This document shows positions 1 to 12,900 of a DNA stretch of 64,000 nt, in pieces. The notes below the pieces were generated by a model that was not told the DNA's origin, did not search any database, and was given only the letters and a program-made list of their open reading frames with translations. The DNA lies in assembly GCA_976226885.1 (NCBI GenBank), contig OZ320315.1:46128001-46192000 (forward strand), written 5' to 3'. The position numbers and the translations under genes were made by a program. Origin of the DNA: Iphione sp. A-MEVVRFRX5. Lineage: Eukaryota. Numbering within the stretch: position 1 is the stretch's first letter; the number at the start of each line of letters is the position of its first letter.

Positions 1-1559
1 TCTGAGCCATTTCAAATTGGCAAATTAGGAACTTCTTAAAATCTAGTTTTTGTATTTATGCAATTTATATATGACATATCATTTGAACTGAACAGATATT
101 TCACAACTATCTCAGAATGTACAGAGTCAATCATTTGAGATATGTATTCAGATCGTGTATAAATCTCTACAATTGATCGGTAGACAAATATTTCATTGGC
201 TATGTAAGTTTGGTAACTGTGATATACAGTTGAGACTCATCAACTGGAGACTCGACAACCAGAGTACTACATTAACCGGTCTAGAACAAATGTATTTTAG
301 TTACTATTTGTACTGCTTAACCAGAAATTGTTTTCCATATCTGGAGTGTATTTTTCAACTGGTAAAGACAATCATAATAGCATTAATGTTTTAACTGGAC
401 CAGCATTAGGCCGACTTGGCCATGGTTAGAGACAACACAGTGCGTCATCCAGATGGGGTAGGGGATTCCTTTTGATATAACAGGTGTTAGGGGTCACTCA
501 GCCAGAACTTTCTACCAGTAGAGACAACCCAGGGTGTCATCCGGGCAGGGCAGGGCAGGGGGGGGGGGGTAGCTTTGATATTATCAGCGTCATGGCTAAT
601 CGGCCACAGAGACAGCACATAAAAGGTTATAATGTATTCTTTACTGTTATGCAACATTTCCCCACCAGGAGATGTTAGTGTGCTTGACTGAATAACTGGA
701 GTATCTGGTAACTGGACTAAACTAAAGGGAATTCAGGTAGTTCAGTGGATAAGGTTTGACTATATAGGCAAATGAAGAAATGAATATGAATAAAATACAA
801 CATTCCCTCTTCACATTGACTGAAGTGAGCTACGATACAATATCAACAAATGTAAAAAAAAAAAAAAAGTTGTAGCTAAACTCCTCTTATAATGCTTATG
901 AGTTGAGAATATTCCGTGTTTCAAATCAGTGCAGTATGTTACCAAGATCCTTAAGTGCACACGAATATCTGTTCTAATCTTTCCCTTTGTTGCCTCCCCC
1001 TCCACCTGCCGGACCTTTTTTATGTTGCAAAGCAGATAAGTATGCCATGACAATATACGAGCAATCAAACCGTATCAATAAAAATCACATGTAATTAGTT
1101 TTTTACGGAATTGTGTATTATTTCAAATTATCACCCTAAAGAAAACACATTAATGGTATTTTGCAGGTTAGGAGATAAAGAATGCGCAGAAATGCGCTGC
1201 TGCCATATAAGGGGGATTTACTGACAATGAGAGTTTGGTAAACTGTGATGTGATGATTTGGCTCCATGGCCGAAAGAAAAGGTCATAGGGATAAGTAAAG
1301 GTTATCATGTTGACGAGACTGCATATACAATGATGCTATAAGAAGATCTTGACTATCAATACATGTATATGGTGTCATATTCTACATGATAGCGGCTTAT
1401 CAATAGTCTCATCATTTCACTCTCATTTCAAGTCTTGATTTTATGGGGAATCGTTCAATGATAAGCAGGACCTAAGGTAAACCTGCTGCTCACAACAGGT
1501 GGATCATGACGTTAATTAGCTACCGTCCAGGATAAATTTACCGAACAGCTAGAGGGATA

Positions 1560-2200
1560 ATGATCAATTACCATAGGTCAAGTGGCGGTCTTCGCTGATG
1601 CTAACATTAGAGCAATATGGGGGAGTTCGCTTCTATAAGACAACGAAGCTACCTCCATAACATGCTTTGGCTTATTTTTGTTCTGAAACTTACATATGAG
1701 GCAACAATTCGACGGGAAATTTGTGTGCTATAAAGGCTGCAACTAACAAAACATCCACGTCAGGTAAACATTCAATGTGAGCGACAAGTTCGGATACGTG
1801 AGTACAGACCGTATACAACTCTTCCTAATTTTAATTGGGCTTCGATCCGCCAGTTAAATAATGAATGCGACTTTTCCATTGATAAACAGGTAGGCGGGAT
1901 AGCTGAATGTTACCCAAGGGCCCGCCCAAAGGTTTCTTTAGTGGTAAACTCTCAGGCAGGGAGCTGGATCTTTGCGTATTCGGAATGGTACTGGAATAAC
2001 AGCTTGAGCGTTCAACTATCTAGTGAAAGGGTGATAGGAGACACGGCTGTGCGATCTGTGTGTTATTACCGTTTTGTGTCTCAGTACGTGCATTTTGATA
2101 TTCAGGAAGTAAACTCATTCTGAGATAATGAATTTGGCATCAAGTATTGAAACCTGTGGTCTTCAGGTCACCATAAAATGTTTACGCGTATAAAAAGAGG
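1560..2200 (-). mobile_element. decayed non-LTR retrotransposon fragment (RTE-like, post-RT region)
   Basis: Broken minus-strand frames give KIRKSCIRSVLTY and ISRRIV...KISQSMLWR, resembling RTE KIRLY-S-V-S-LLYG-E and LRRILGI-W---SNEELW. Many stops; boundaries approximate. Confidence 0.3.
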
Positions 2201-3971
2201 AGCAGTTATTAGGAAATAGAGGGAGTTCAGAAGAAAAAGATGAATTAATTTAGCAACATCATTGGCAAGGTGTTTGTACAGACAAGACTGAAATGAAACG
2301 CAAACCTTAGTCAATACCGATGCCCTCACATGATATTAATAATTGGAGAATAAATTATAGATAGATTTAGTTTTTTATTAAACGAAAATTACTTGCATTC
2401 GAATTTCAAATCCTCACATAGACAACAAGGCTCGAACCTTTGGGTCGTTTTCGTGCACTAGTCCCAGAAATAGCGAAGAACGATAGTTTCAAAACTGAGC
2501 ATAAAACGAAACTTTCTAAGGCAACATTGATTCCAACAGTCACTACCTATTTTCCTGTTTCTGATGAAAGTCCAGTATACTGCATTATTCAACAACGCAA
2601 TCTGCACTTCCTGGTGAGGAGATAGTAGTGACAGTGACTGCAGCGTGTCACCCGGGGACACAAGGTATCCGCTCGTTTTTAGAACCATCTGATTGTTACC
2701 TGTGCCTGTGGACGTGATGGAAAGTGTAGGCAGGTGTGTTTTTAACGTCGTTAGAGCTATCTGCCTGATAAGTTAGTGGGTGATTTGATGATAGATTCTC
2801 TCCTTAGTCATTTTAAAGCAGTCAGTCATCAAAACCAGACTTCGAGCACATGATTTCCAAATTACTCCAACGAGAGGTGGTAGACGGATACGCTCGGACG
2901 AGTATATAATACACTACCAGAGGAAACGTAAAGAAGATGGAGTGGCATAATAGGAGTGAAATACCCGAGTTAATTAACAGGCAACATAAAAATGACTGCG
3001 TTTACGGCCATCTAAAAGGCATAAGTACATCCATGCGCGTCTGGAACCTAGAGGGCTTAGATTTTATTCATAAGGGCTTGCCGAAAAGCTCCCCTGATAA
3101 CAAAGGGCAATCAGGAGCACTGTATAATTCTATCCCTATCTCTTCCTGTAGGAATGAAGAATTGCATTTATTTGTCACGCAGACTCACTTAATAATGACT
3201 TTACTGGAGGGACTTCCCTTTTCCAATATTATTTTGCGTGCAACCCAGTCTTCTGCAGAATAATTCACGAATCGTCGATGTATGGGAAGGTTCTAAAAAC
3301 GTCTCGTATTAGATATCTAGTTGCTTGATGTGGCTTTTGGAAACTAACGACAAAGGTAACGTAGTTCTTTTTCTATTTCACACACATCCAAGAGTAATTT
3401 TCTGGTAGATGTACCGTCACCGAATAGGCTGAATACAGCATTGGCATTTTCACAACAGTTTCGTCTTACTCTACGATGAACTGCAAGTAAAAAGGAAATA
3501 TCTACATAAAGTCGTTACGATTCCATAAAGAGCGCTTGTATGGTTACGGTGCTTATTTCACACATTTAGCTATTTCCAGATATCCATCGTGTACTTGCAT
3601 TGTTATTTTCTATTCAACGACGATATGACTTCTATGCACACCAAAACCGACGTATGGTGTTTCATTTCATTTCATTGTATCTTTAATCCGGAATGCGTTG
3701 ATGATTCTACTAAGACTTATTTAAAGATTTCATACTTAGTCGCCGGTTTGCTATAAACTGTCCTTGCGCTCGTAAGCACTATGCTTTCACACATCTGACG
3801 GGTGATGTACCATTTCACTGTTGGAAGTGTTCTTTGAAAGACAGCAAGGAGTTTATTTTGTATCGGGATCTTAAACATCTATTTTGTTAAATTGGTTTCC
3901 CACCCAAGACCAAAGGAAACATATTTGGACACCATTTTACCCATTAAACACATTAAAAGTGAAGGTATATT

Positions 3972-6900
3972 GTGTGCTTATATAAGCACCCTGTTAGGCG
4001 AATGTCAGAGGTCATACAACAGTGTGGGTGTGGTTTTGAGATGAGCCGGGCGAAGAGGGCGTCAGTTATGGATGGTGACAGAGGCGCTACGCGATCCTAT
4101 TTGGCGGTTGACACCACGCAGAGCCCGAAGGACAGCCGACTGTCAGCTGAACCAGACGACCGAGGTGATAGCCCGATTCCCATGCCAGGTGAGCAGTGTC
4201 ACCTGGCGGTCATCGCCGACACCACACACATTCATCACCTGTTGTGTAGGACAGGTATAGAGCAAAGGCCAGGGCGGAAAGAGGCATGAAAGATGTAAAC
4301 TTTATAGAAACAGCAGAGAAAACGACCCACGCGCCGAACTGATGGAGTATGATACATGCCGTAGTAGAGGATGTTGGTAAGTTATGAGGGATAATGCACA
4401 GTGATATAGGAGGATGTATGATTCTCATGAAAGAGCATATTCAGGGACAGGCACCCAAGACAGCAGAAGAAGACGGAAAAAAAATCTCAAAGGTCCATGT
4501 GAAGGGAATAATTCTGTACATCCCGTTCAAAGATAAAAATTAATAAGAGCTATATAAATTGCTCGTGGTAAATACTCCGAGTTAAAAGGAAGCAGTAATG
4601 GTAACCATGGTAACAGTTATACACCCTTTCCCCTTTAGGCAATGGTATATCAAAGACTTAATAGAACTAATCGATTCCTGCCAGTGTCGTTTTTGAGCGT
4701 GCTAATTAGTCCAGGATATACCGAGGACGATGCTCAGTGACCGACCCTATTCCAATATCGTTCGATGGGAACAAAGTTACTGGGTACAAACACACACACT
4801 CACACACACACTTACACACACGCTCTGTTTGATGACTTCATTTAAGTCCGTTTGTGGTTTGCCGTTTTTCATTTTGTCCTAGACATGAACCTTCCCCTTG
4901 GGTACCATAAACACTCAATACTGTCTTTTTCGATATGAGGCAAATATTTTAATCTGCCTTTGGCCTTTTAACCTGAAATTTCTTCGTGTGTTTTATCGCC
5001 ATACAATACTAAGGCTCTAGAAACAGATGATATCCCTACATGTGACTTTGAGGCAGTTCCTCAATCATGATTACGCCTAAACCTCTGTAACCTCAGAGGA
5101 CTATGAATCGTAAAAACTGCTTCTCAGCAGTTCATGAATTCTCTGGGAGCTGCCTCACATTTCTAGAAATACATGTATCTAATGGATCCCCTTTATTCAT
5201 GATGTTTCTGTCGTATTATTCTTCCTAGTTCGCGTCTGCAACCTCGGAGATCCACCCCCGAGGTTCCTCAGTTTAATCTAATGCACGTGCAGAATGAGGA
5301 TAATATATTTCCCCGATCCCTTTATACACCGCCGTGATGGTGTCTTTAAAAGAGGGGGTCGGGGCACTGTCATGTATCTTACTCCGACATCTAGATTTTC
5401 CCATGAATAGAGCCTTAATACCATATCGTAGTGTCCATCTGTTGAACAACGTAGTGCTCTCCATCCGCTCGACAAGCGCCTTATAGGCTGCCCCGCCATC
5501 GCTCATACGGTGGCCGCTGAATGATGAAGTCGCGACTGTCTGACCTCTTGGGGTGGTCTAGCGGAACTGCTGATAACTTTGTGTTAGCTACCGGAGATGA
5601 CTGGTTGGCTTCCACGGGAGAGGTTCACAATTTGGGTGCGGTATGACTGACTCTGCTTGATAGGGCGCTCTGTGAGGTGGTGACAGGTCAGATAAGACAC
5701 CACTCTAGCCGGGCCCCCGCCCATGGCAACCTCTTTGCAACACGGACACATCGAGTATTGGTAGGCGGCGCCCCCCACCGCGCCACTCCATCCTAGGGCT
5801 CCTGTCGAGCTGGTCAAATGACTTCACGCCAAATCCATATTGAACCAAATGAATCCGTGCCAAAGCCGAGAGAGCGATGTGGAGGCCACCTCCGCCCGGA
5901 ACTCCCAAGAGGGTTGGATCTGTGCATGCCCCGTGATGACTTCCGCGTGTGATTGTCAATCAGCGGGCCCGCCTGCCGCCGCTGGAGGTGTGGCCAGTTC
6001 GCAATGGTCAGTACCGACGTGATGGACAGTGGGCGCCGGCCACAACGGTCAGCCGCCGGGACTGGCGTGACATTGGCACTAGGCCTTGCAGGCCCAGGCA
6101 CGGCCGGTGGCCACCCGGTCGCCTTGCTGACCGTCTCACGTTCATCCCTTGCGGGCGCTTTCACTTGTAGCTGATCTGTAATTGTGTGCCCTCCCGCTTG
6201 GATTTAATTGGCCGTACCTATCTGTCACCCAGGATGGCTGAGCACAGGGGCGTTCGGCGGTGGTCCTTTCTAACCTGAGAGACGCCCGGGTGCCAGGCCT
6301 CCAGACACAGGCGACAGAGGCCGGCCGCCTCGCGCGGCAGCTTCCGGGGACTCTGAGAAAGGCCTTCTGAGGAAAAAAAGACATAATGCAGTTAATCCAT
6401 TCAGGAAGGTCTATCGAAAGACATCATTACAGCCAGCATCGCTCTGACACGCGTGCTCGTAATCTGAGGGTCTCACCACTTTCATGATTGCCTGCAGTGG
6501 CACATGCTACAGAAAAAGGAGACCGATCAATGGAAATCGAGTTTATACACTATTGTTGACAGAACTGTGTCTTGCACATTGGGAAATCATTCCCAAAAGA
6601 TCGTCTCCTACGTCTTTCTACTCTCCGCGTTTGAAAATTTGCTTTTGAAGGTGATATTCGGAAATAGATAGACAATAATCAATGTAATTTCCAAATGAGC
6701 CATGCAGAGCTGTATGGAATCAATTATCTCAGGAATTCAAAATTTATGAGACATTGTTTATCATCATGGTACACAAAAAAATGATTCAACAATCAAATAG
6801 AACGTCCTTTGAGAAATCAATAATAGATCACTGCGCCGGTGCCTAGTTATTGTCGCTATCCAGTAATGATGTAGCTACTCCCTGAGGGTGAAGGCCCTTT

Positions 6901-7340
6901 TGCCGTGGGTGCTAGCTTTGGTATCGGGAGTTTGCGTTACATATAGCCTGGATGCCTATGAATCCTCAGCAGTAAATTCCACTGGAGGAGTAACTGCATT
7001 CAGAGAGAAGAGGGCGTGAGAGAGAAACAGTGGGGGTTGAGGGGAGGTGGGGGGGGGGGGCTGGAGGAGCGGTTCTCCGAACGCATCCCAGCTGAAGGGG
7101 TGCTCAGCCAAGGCCCTCCATCTCTGGCAGTATGGCTCTCAGGGGAGGGCGCTACGGCCGGCCGTCCTGGCCAACACGTGCCGGGCCGAGTAATGGAACA
7201 TGGGCAACCTAAAACCCAACCAAAGGCTGCAAGATGGCTCCATGTTGGACAAATGGCGCCTACAGGCATGCGTGCATACCTAATGGCTACACCCGCATGT
7301 CAGCCTAATAAGCCCGCCGGAGCGGAAAGCAGAAGTTAAA
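3972..7340 (-). mobile_element. decayed Gypsy-like LTR retrotransposon pol remnant (RNase H end, integrase, integrase C-terminus), interrupted
   Basis: GC-rich blocks. Minus frames give SITRPG (RH end, ~7150), GWSG...YSMCPCC (integrase HHCC region), HHSAATV...STDG...LDVGVRYMTVPRPP (integrase core), and GACP*ICSFMRIIHPP (SPF-L-FGR-PR-P-like). Domain order fits Gypsy. Confidence 0.45.
4788..4820 (+). repeat. (CA)n microsatellite
   Basis: Direct inspection. Confidence 0.85.
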
Positions 7341-8459
7341 GGCATGAAGGGAGGCTGGCGTTGTGTTTGGAAACATATCATTGACTGCTTATTGGCCTTG
7401 GAGTGTTGCGAGAACATGTTTCACCATTACGTCAATGGAATCCAAAGTACAGTACAAGGCCATTGATCATGTTGAATACTGTCGGTTGTAGCCACTGCTA
7501 TTTTAGTTAGAGTTAATAAACAACGTATGCCTGAATATTAACTATTTCTCCATTCTCGATGTGATCCATCTGAATATCACTGTTTTTTCCAATTGATAAT
7601 TTGTTTCATGTGACTACAGCACAAAGTGATGTACGTGTACAATGTATCATGATGGCTGTCGCAGCTAGGTTAAAAGGAATTACCCAACACCACGCATGGA
7701 TTTTGTATTAACTGTTGGAAATATTGAGTCACCATCCAATAGTGTGTTGAAGTCAGGTTTAGGGGAACTCTTCTGGTGAATGTGATTATTCCGATTGGTT
7801 CCTGTAACCTGTAATATAAGATAGTATTTAGGCTGAGACATACTAATGAATCCTAAATTGAAAATCGAGGATCATCAATTCTTGCCATCGGATTTGTGCT
7901 TTTTTCGTATCACATTAACCTCATTGTAGAAGAAAATACTTTTATTTATATTGAGGCGGACCTATCAGAGCGTGAAAACTTTGGTAGGAATGTGCTGCCG
8001 AGCTGCACCGTGACTTCGGGTTTCCCGTGTCATTTCCAACTTTCCTTATACTACTTACTTGTTTAACCATGTATAGCTACACCACCTTTCGTCGATTAAT
8101 GAAGCCAGTAATCGACATTGTGAGCGACGTAACGTCATCAGCAGTGGAATGAACGTATCGCTATTTGTAAGTCGTCGTTATCTAAGTCACAAATTTCGAA
8201 ATTATGATTAGATAATCAGGGGCCTGAGACCATATATCATTTTCATATACTACTAACTAGAAAAGATAGGCCTACTACTCGCCTGTAGCTGGTTGAAAAA
8301 CGGGTATGTCATACTTTGCTCCATATCCTACAACCACCTGTTATTTTGTGTCCCGGCTGTGTATGCTTGACTAGGTTCCCAGGGAAGGGAGGATTGAAAA
8401 GACATCCGATTTATGTCCACGTGTAATTTATTACAGCATCCCGGTTTTCATTTACAGAT

Positions 8460-11400
8460 CATTTTCTTATCCTTCGTAACAGCCATCGGCCCCGCGAGTG
8501 GCGCGCGCTCTGGATCACGATAAGGATCGCTTCCTGCCTCGAAAGAGACTCATCAACAAAGCCTAATTGGTATGTTTTAGGGAAATACACAGCCGAAGGT
8601 TCCCGTCGGAATACGTGCGGAGACATCGTGAGAGCCACTGTGTGGCCGAGTCGTCGGACCGGGCGGCTCTGGCAGCGTTTTATTTGCGCCCGCCCCGTCT
8701 GTAAAGATGCCGGCGCCATAAAGGCCCGCGACCACTCCGACATAACGGGGAGAGATAGCGCATCAAAGCCGACCAATCAGTCAGGCCTTGGATGCGTAGG
8801 TTAGCGGAGGATCGGCTGAGGCACGCGTTCTGGGAGGAGTTGGCTGCGGTAGCTAATTGGTTTTCTAAGTCACCAAGTACAACAGAGCGGTTCGCCGCAC
8901 TACAGCCGATCGTCGACGCGCACGCAGCACACGCGTATCATACGCCACAAAAAAGGATGGCCGCGCTGGCCGCGACGTCGTGAAGATAACGTGGTCAGAA
9001 GCCTGTCTCTAAAGATTCGACACGTCGAGACTATCTGCGCCACGCGTTCCGGCTTTAGCCGCCGTCGGGATGAAATGGCAGACAGCCAGTTTTATCTGGC
9101 TCTCTCCAGAGGGAGCAATGGAAACAATGCCGTCTCGACCTAAAACCTATTCGGAGTTGAGGAAAAGTGAGGGCATGTTGTCTTTTGGGGAAGCCGTACG
9201 AGGAAAACACGGTTATGGTTCGGCCGACTTGTATTAGAGATTCCCTCAGGATTCCCGCTCTGTTCTCTGGTCGCTGGTAAATGCAGTACAAGTCCAATAA
9301 AAAGTCTTTGACGTCTGATTGAAGACAGACACATCGACAGGTTGCCGACATATGAGCGATGAGACTCCTGCAGCCTTTTAATAGAAATGCTGCCCAGTCC
9401 TGCTGGCATCTGCTGCCCTTATTCGGGAGGCCTGATTTATATTATAAATGAGCCCGCACCCCATTCCTCTCTGTCCTGACATGCTCTCTATACATCCCCG
9501 AGGCTGTGTCACCAGCAAAGCGCGCCGCTCCTTGAGAGTGGCACGGGCCGCTAGCCAAGGAACACCTCCCGGATCCTCCGGCCATTTTTCACGATCACAC
9601 CTGACGCTGGCGCCGCGTGGTGACAGAGACACCTCGAACCTGCTTGACCTCGTCACAATGACTATCAAAAATGCATGGTAGCCGGCGGCTGTTCCCGCGG
9701 CCCATACGCCCCTCCCGTCGTCGCGTCCCTTATAGTATTACGAACCGCCTGGAGGGTGGCCTCAGCAGGGCTGCAACCACCCGCCCTGATCTAATTCCGC
9801 GACGAAACAATCAGTTTAGTGGAAGCACATAGATCATTGGCCAGGGCGCTCGAGAGCGGCGGCCACCCAGTCATCTTTTTACTGATTGCCAATTCATGCC
9901 CGATGCCATATTTCCCGTGCAAAGTGACTCTTTCATCAAACGCCACAAAGACCCGTCAAAGTGCACCCTGAACCGACCACGACCAAAGCCCAGAGCCCCC
10001 GTCCTTGCGAACACGTCTCAGCGCGCTGCCGACCGGTGCACTCTTTGCCTGTGATCAACAAGAAGAGAAATCATCAGAGCCATTGTCGACCGAGAGAGAG
10101 CCGCCACGGGGACTTTTTGAAGGGAAAGATAGACACGGAACCGCTAGATGCAACAACAGCTCAAAAAAAAGGGCCAACCGTTATCCTAATCTGCCAGCCA
10201 TTGTGTGTTGTGCGGTGCCCTGTTACAATGCGTTTGTAATCAGTTACTGACAAAGGGAACTCATTTCTTGAGGAGCTTGCAACATTAAGCCAATTCACAC
10301 GGGATTGCTTTGTTAAATTACGATTCATAATCATAAAAGTGAATTTAGGGGTATTGGTAGTGCCTAGGTGTCTATTTTGTGGTCAGGGTTTACCGCTAGT
10401 AGTTTCATCATCAAAGAGATGACACGGACCAACTGGTCTTGCAGGCGGCAGTAAGGCAGCGGCCACTGCCGGGCCCGGTCCGTTATGCTTCCCGCAGCCC
10501 AATAGCTGCTCTTCCGCCACCGAATTGTGGCTGGGCGTATAGAGCAGGAACCTTCGCCAATAGTCGCACAGTCCATTGAACGTCATGAAAGGTAGCTCTA
10601 CAACCGGCACCATTAGCCGGGAGATCAGTCCTGACAAAACAAAGAAGGCAACGTCAGGACCAATCGTACCGTTCGATGCTGTGCCAACGACGTACAGTCA
10701 GCGTCGATGCTGCCGACGTTCAGGACATGACAAGAAAATTGATAGAATTATTCACACGTGAACCAGCACCGCTAAAAAGAAAAACTAACGCGCATTGATC
10801 CCAAAGGGGTGGCAGGCTTCAGAGACAAGCCGAGTGCCAAACTGAGATAGATCTGTGATGGAGTCAGGCAGTAACCAAGGAAAAGTTACAGTAGGAATAT
10901 ACGTGAGTGTCTAGGTGTGTGGCTGTACGGGTGGTGCTTTTCTCTATTCCCTCCAAGCTACGCCAGCTCCTCTCGCCATCCTCTCAAGAGCCATCCCCTT
11001 CCCAATCACCCGCGGCACCCGGGGCGGCTGATGGTGGGCAATGGGTGCTCACCATGCATGCAAGGCAGGTGCTGCGAGAGAAATTAATGGCCGGTCCAAG
11101 GTAGTATCTTATGCATGTATAATCATTCTCCCACAGCTGCATACCTCGGGCATTACTCAAAGTCGAGCACCTTTTATAGTGCCGTGGATTATATGGAAAT
11201 TATTATATAAACGGCCAAGATGGCAATAGAGCTTTTCCCCGGCGCGTGCGCCTCTACTGTCAGGGATGTGGGCCTCGTCTGAATAGTGTCATCCACGGAG
11301 GTTGACTCAAGTGGTCGTGTGTACAATGCAGCAGCGTCTACTTCGAATGCGCCGTGAACGGTTTCAATAGTAGTGGAGGTATTAGAGAAACACTTGTTAA

Positions 11401-12900
11401 TCGCTGCCGTAATTGGACGGTGTTTGCACGCATAGTCACATCGTCTCGGCCTGGTTAATAGCAGACAGCGAGGAACTATCACCAGAGAGTGGCATTTGCT
11501 GGCGTCAGTAGGCTCGTTTTTTCTAGAGGACAAGGCAAGATAAGTAGGACTCTTACATTGAGCGAGGACCAGTTATTAAAGAAAAACGCCTCCGCCTAAT
11601 TGCAGGAAGGTCTAGCCATGCCACGGCAGCACTATATCGACACAATATATAGTGGGAACAGAGAAAGAAGAGTCTGGAATGGAAATTCAGCATTTATTGC
11701 CACCGTAATGACTCTGTAGGCTCCGTGGAGGACTAATTATATCGGACACTAAATGCGTGCTTATTACCTAAGATTTATTAATGCGATGGTTGATGTCGCC
11801 TCTGTAGCTCCAGGCTGCAATAGCCCGTGTCTTCAGCTTTTTTCTCGGGACACGTCAGCCACATCAATAACTGATGTACTATCATGTATACTTGCCACCT
11901 CCCGGCTGAATCGTGCCTGTTTATCCCTCCAGGTACAAACCTTGTAGGTATCCACGCGTGCTGGGGAGAGACAAAATGGGGACATCAATATCAGTTACTG
12001 CATCCAGGGATCACAGCATCAATTTCAACATTTTGAACATCAAATTTTTTGATAATGAATTTCATTTGTTCGGTACAGCAAAAACAGTTTGCATGCTGTT
12101 TGTCTCAAACGCAGAGCTTTCCATCTTTGGTTGCGTTAAATCGTCCGTTATTATAAAAGAATCCTGTAAGAGATGTATTCACATGTAGTGACCAATTTTG
12201 CTGCGAACATAATTTGTATCACAGTGTCGATGCGGGAAATGATTCATTGGATCTGCATGTAGAGAATAGACTTCCTGAAAATACCTTAGGTTATAAAATG
12301 TGGGCTTTAGTGCATGTATACGAATTGGCTTAATTGTGCCCATTGTCTTTGCCACTAACGTCGATGTAAGCAGACCATCTGTTAAATCATGCGTAGGCGC
12401 ATGCATCCGCAATTTGTATGCAGCAAAAGGTGGCTAAACAGTGAAGAAATATGGGTTAAAGAGGGCAGGGTTCACTCTCCCCATTGCAAAGTCTCCCTTT
12501 GCTAAAGCCCCTCTCTTAATCCGCCCGTTTGTTGTTCCATGACCCATTCGAGGGGTTGCGGTGTATGCCTTCACTCTGAGAATCTATGGACCCGATGACC
12601 TCAAGGTCGACGTTATTTATTGACAACGGTCCCATATACAAATCATCACGTTTTGCATTTATTGGCTGCAGTCGCACCGACGACAGTGCATAGGCCCAAG
12701 TGCTGGCCTTCGAGGGCAGTGTGGGCGACGGTTTGGAAAGCGGCGTTGAGTCCCACGTAGGACGGCGTGTACTGCAGTTGTCTCGTATTTGACAGGTGGA
12801 CAGAGGTACATGACATCTCAATCACATATTTTATCACAGACAGTCGCCTAATACCCCCACTGAGGCAGAAGAAACGACAACAACCTTGTTTTGCATCAGA
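8460..12900 (-). mobile_element. decayed Gypsy-like LTR retrotransposon (RT-connection-RNase H-integrase)
   Basis: Minus frames give YVVGTASNGTIGPD...VELPFMTFNGLCDYWRRFL (FLGL-YYRRFI), AAALLPP...PCHLFDD (RH start), WVAAALERP (ADALSRP, ~9845), PTHPRPD (YHPQ-DG) and MSPHVFRREP, in Gypsy order. Upstream limit uncertain; no LTR pair seen. Confidence 0.55.

Noticed and set aside
541-570. G-rich run (also ~7028-7060) as a functional G-quadruplex
   Set aside because: Simple poly-G tracts are common in such genomes and there is no supporting context.
2425-2500. Minus-strand GGTTCGAGCC B-box (and GGTTCGAATC near 14793) as tRNA genes
   Set aside because: No cloverleaf or convincing A-box; at most SINE relics or chance.
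11189-11533. Minus-strand ORF with TDAS and HAPGK as a separate RNase H (DIRS or Gypsy)
   Set aside because: The motif match is weak, and its position upstream of the RT-end motifs at ~10600 conflicts with domain order. It is left inside the low-confidence Gypsy block.
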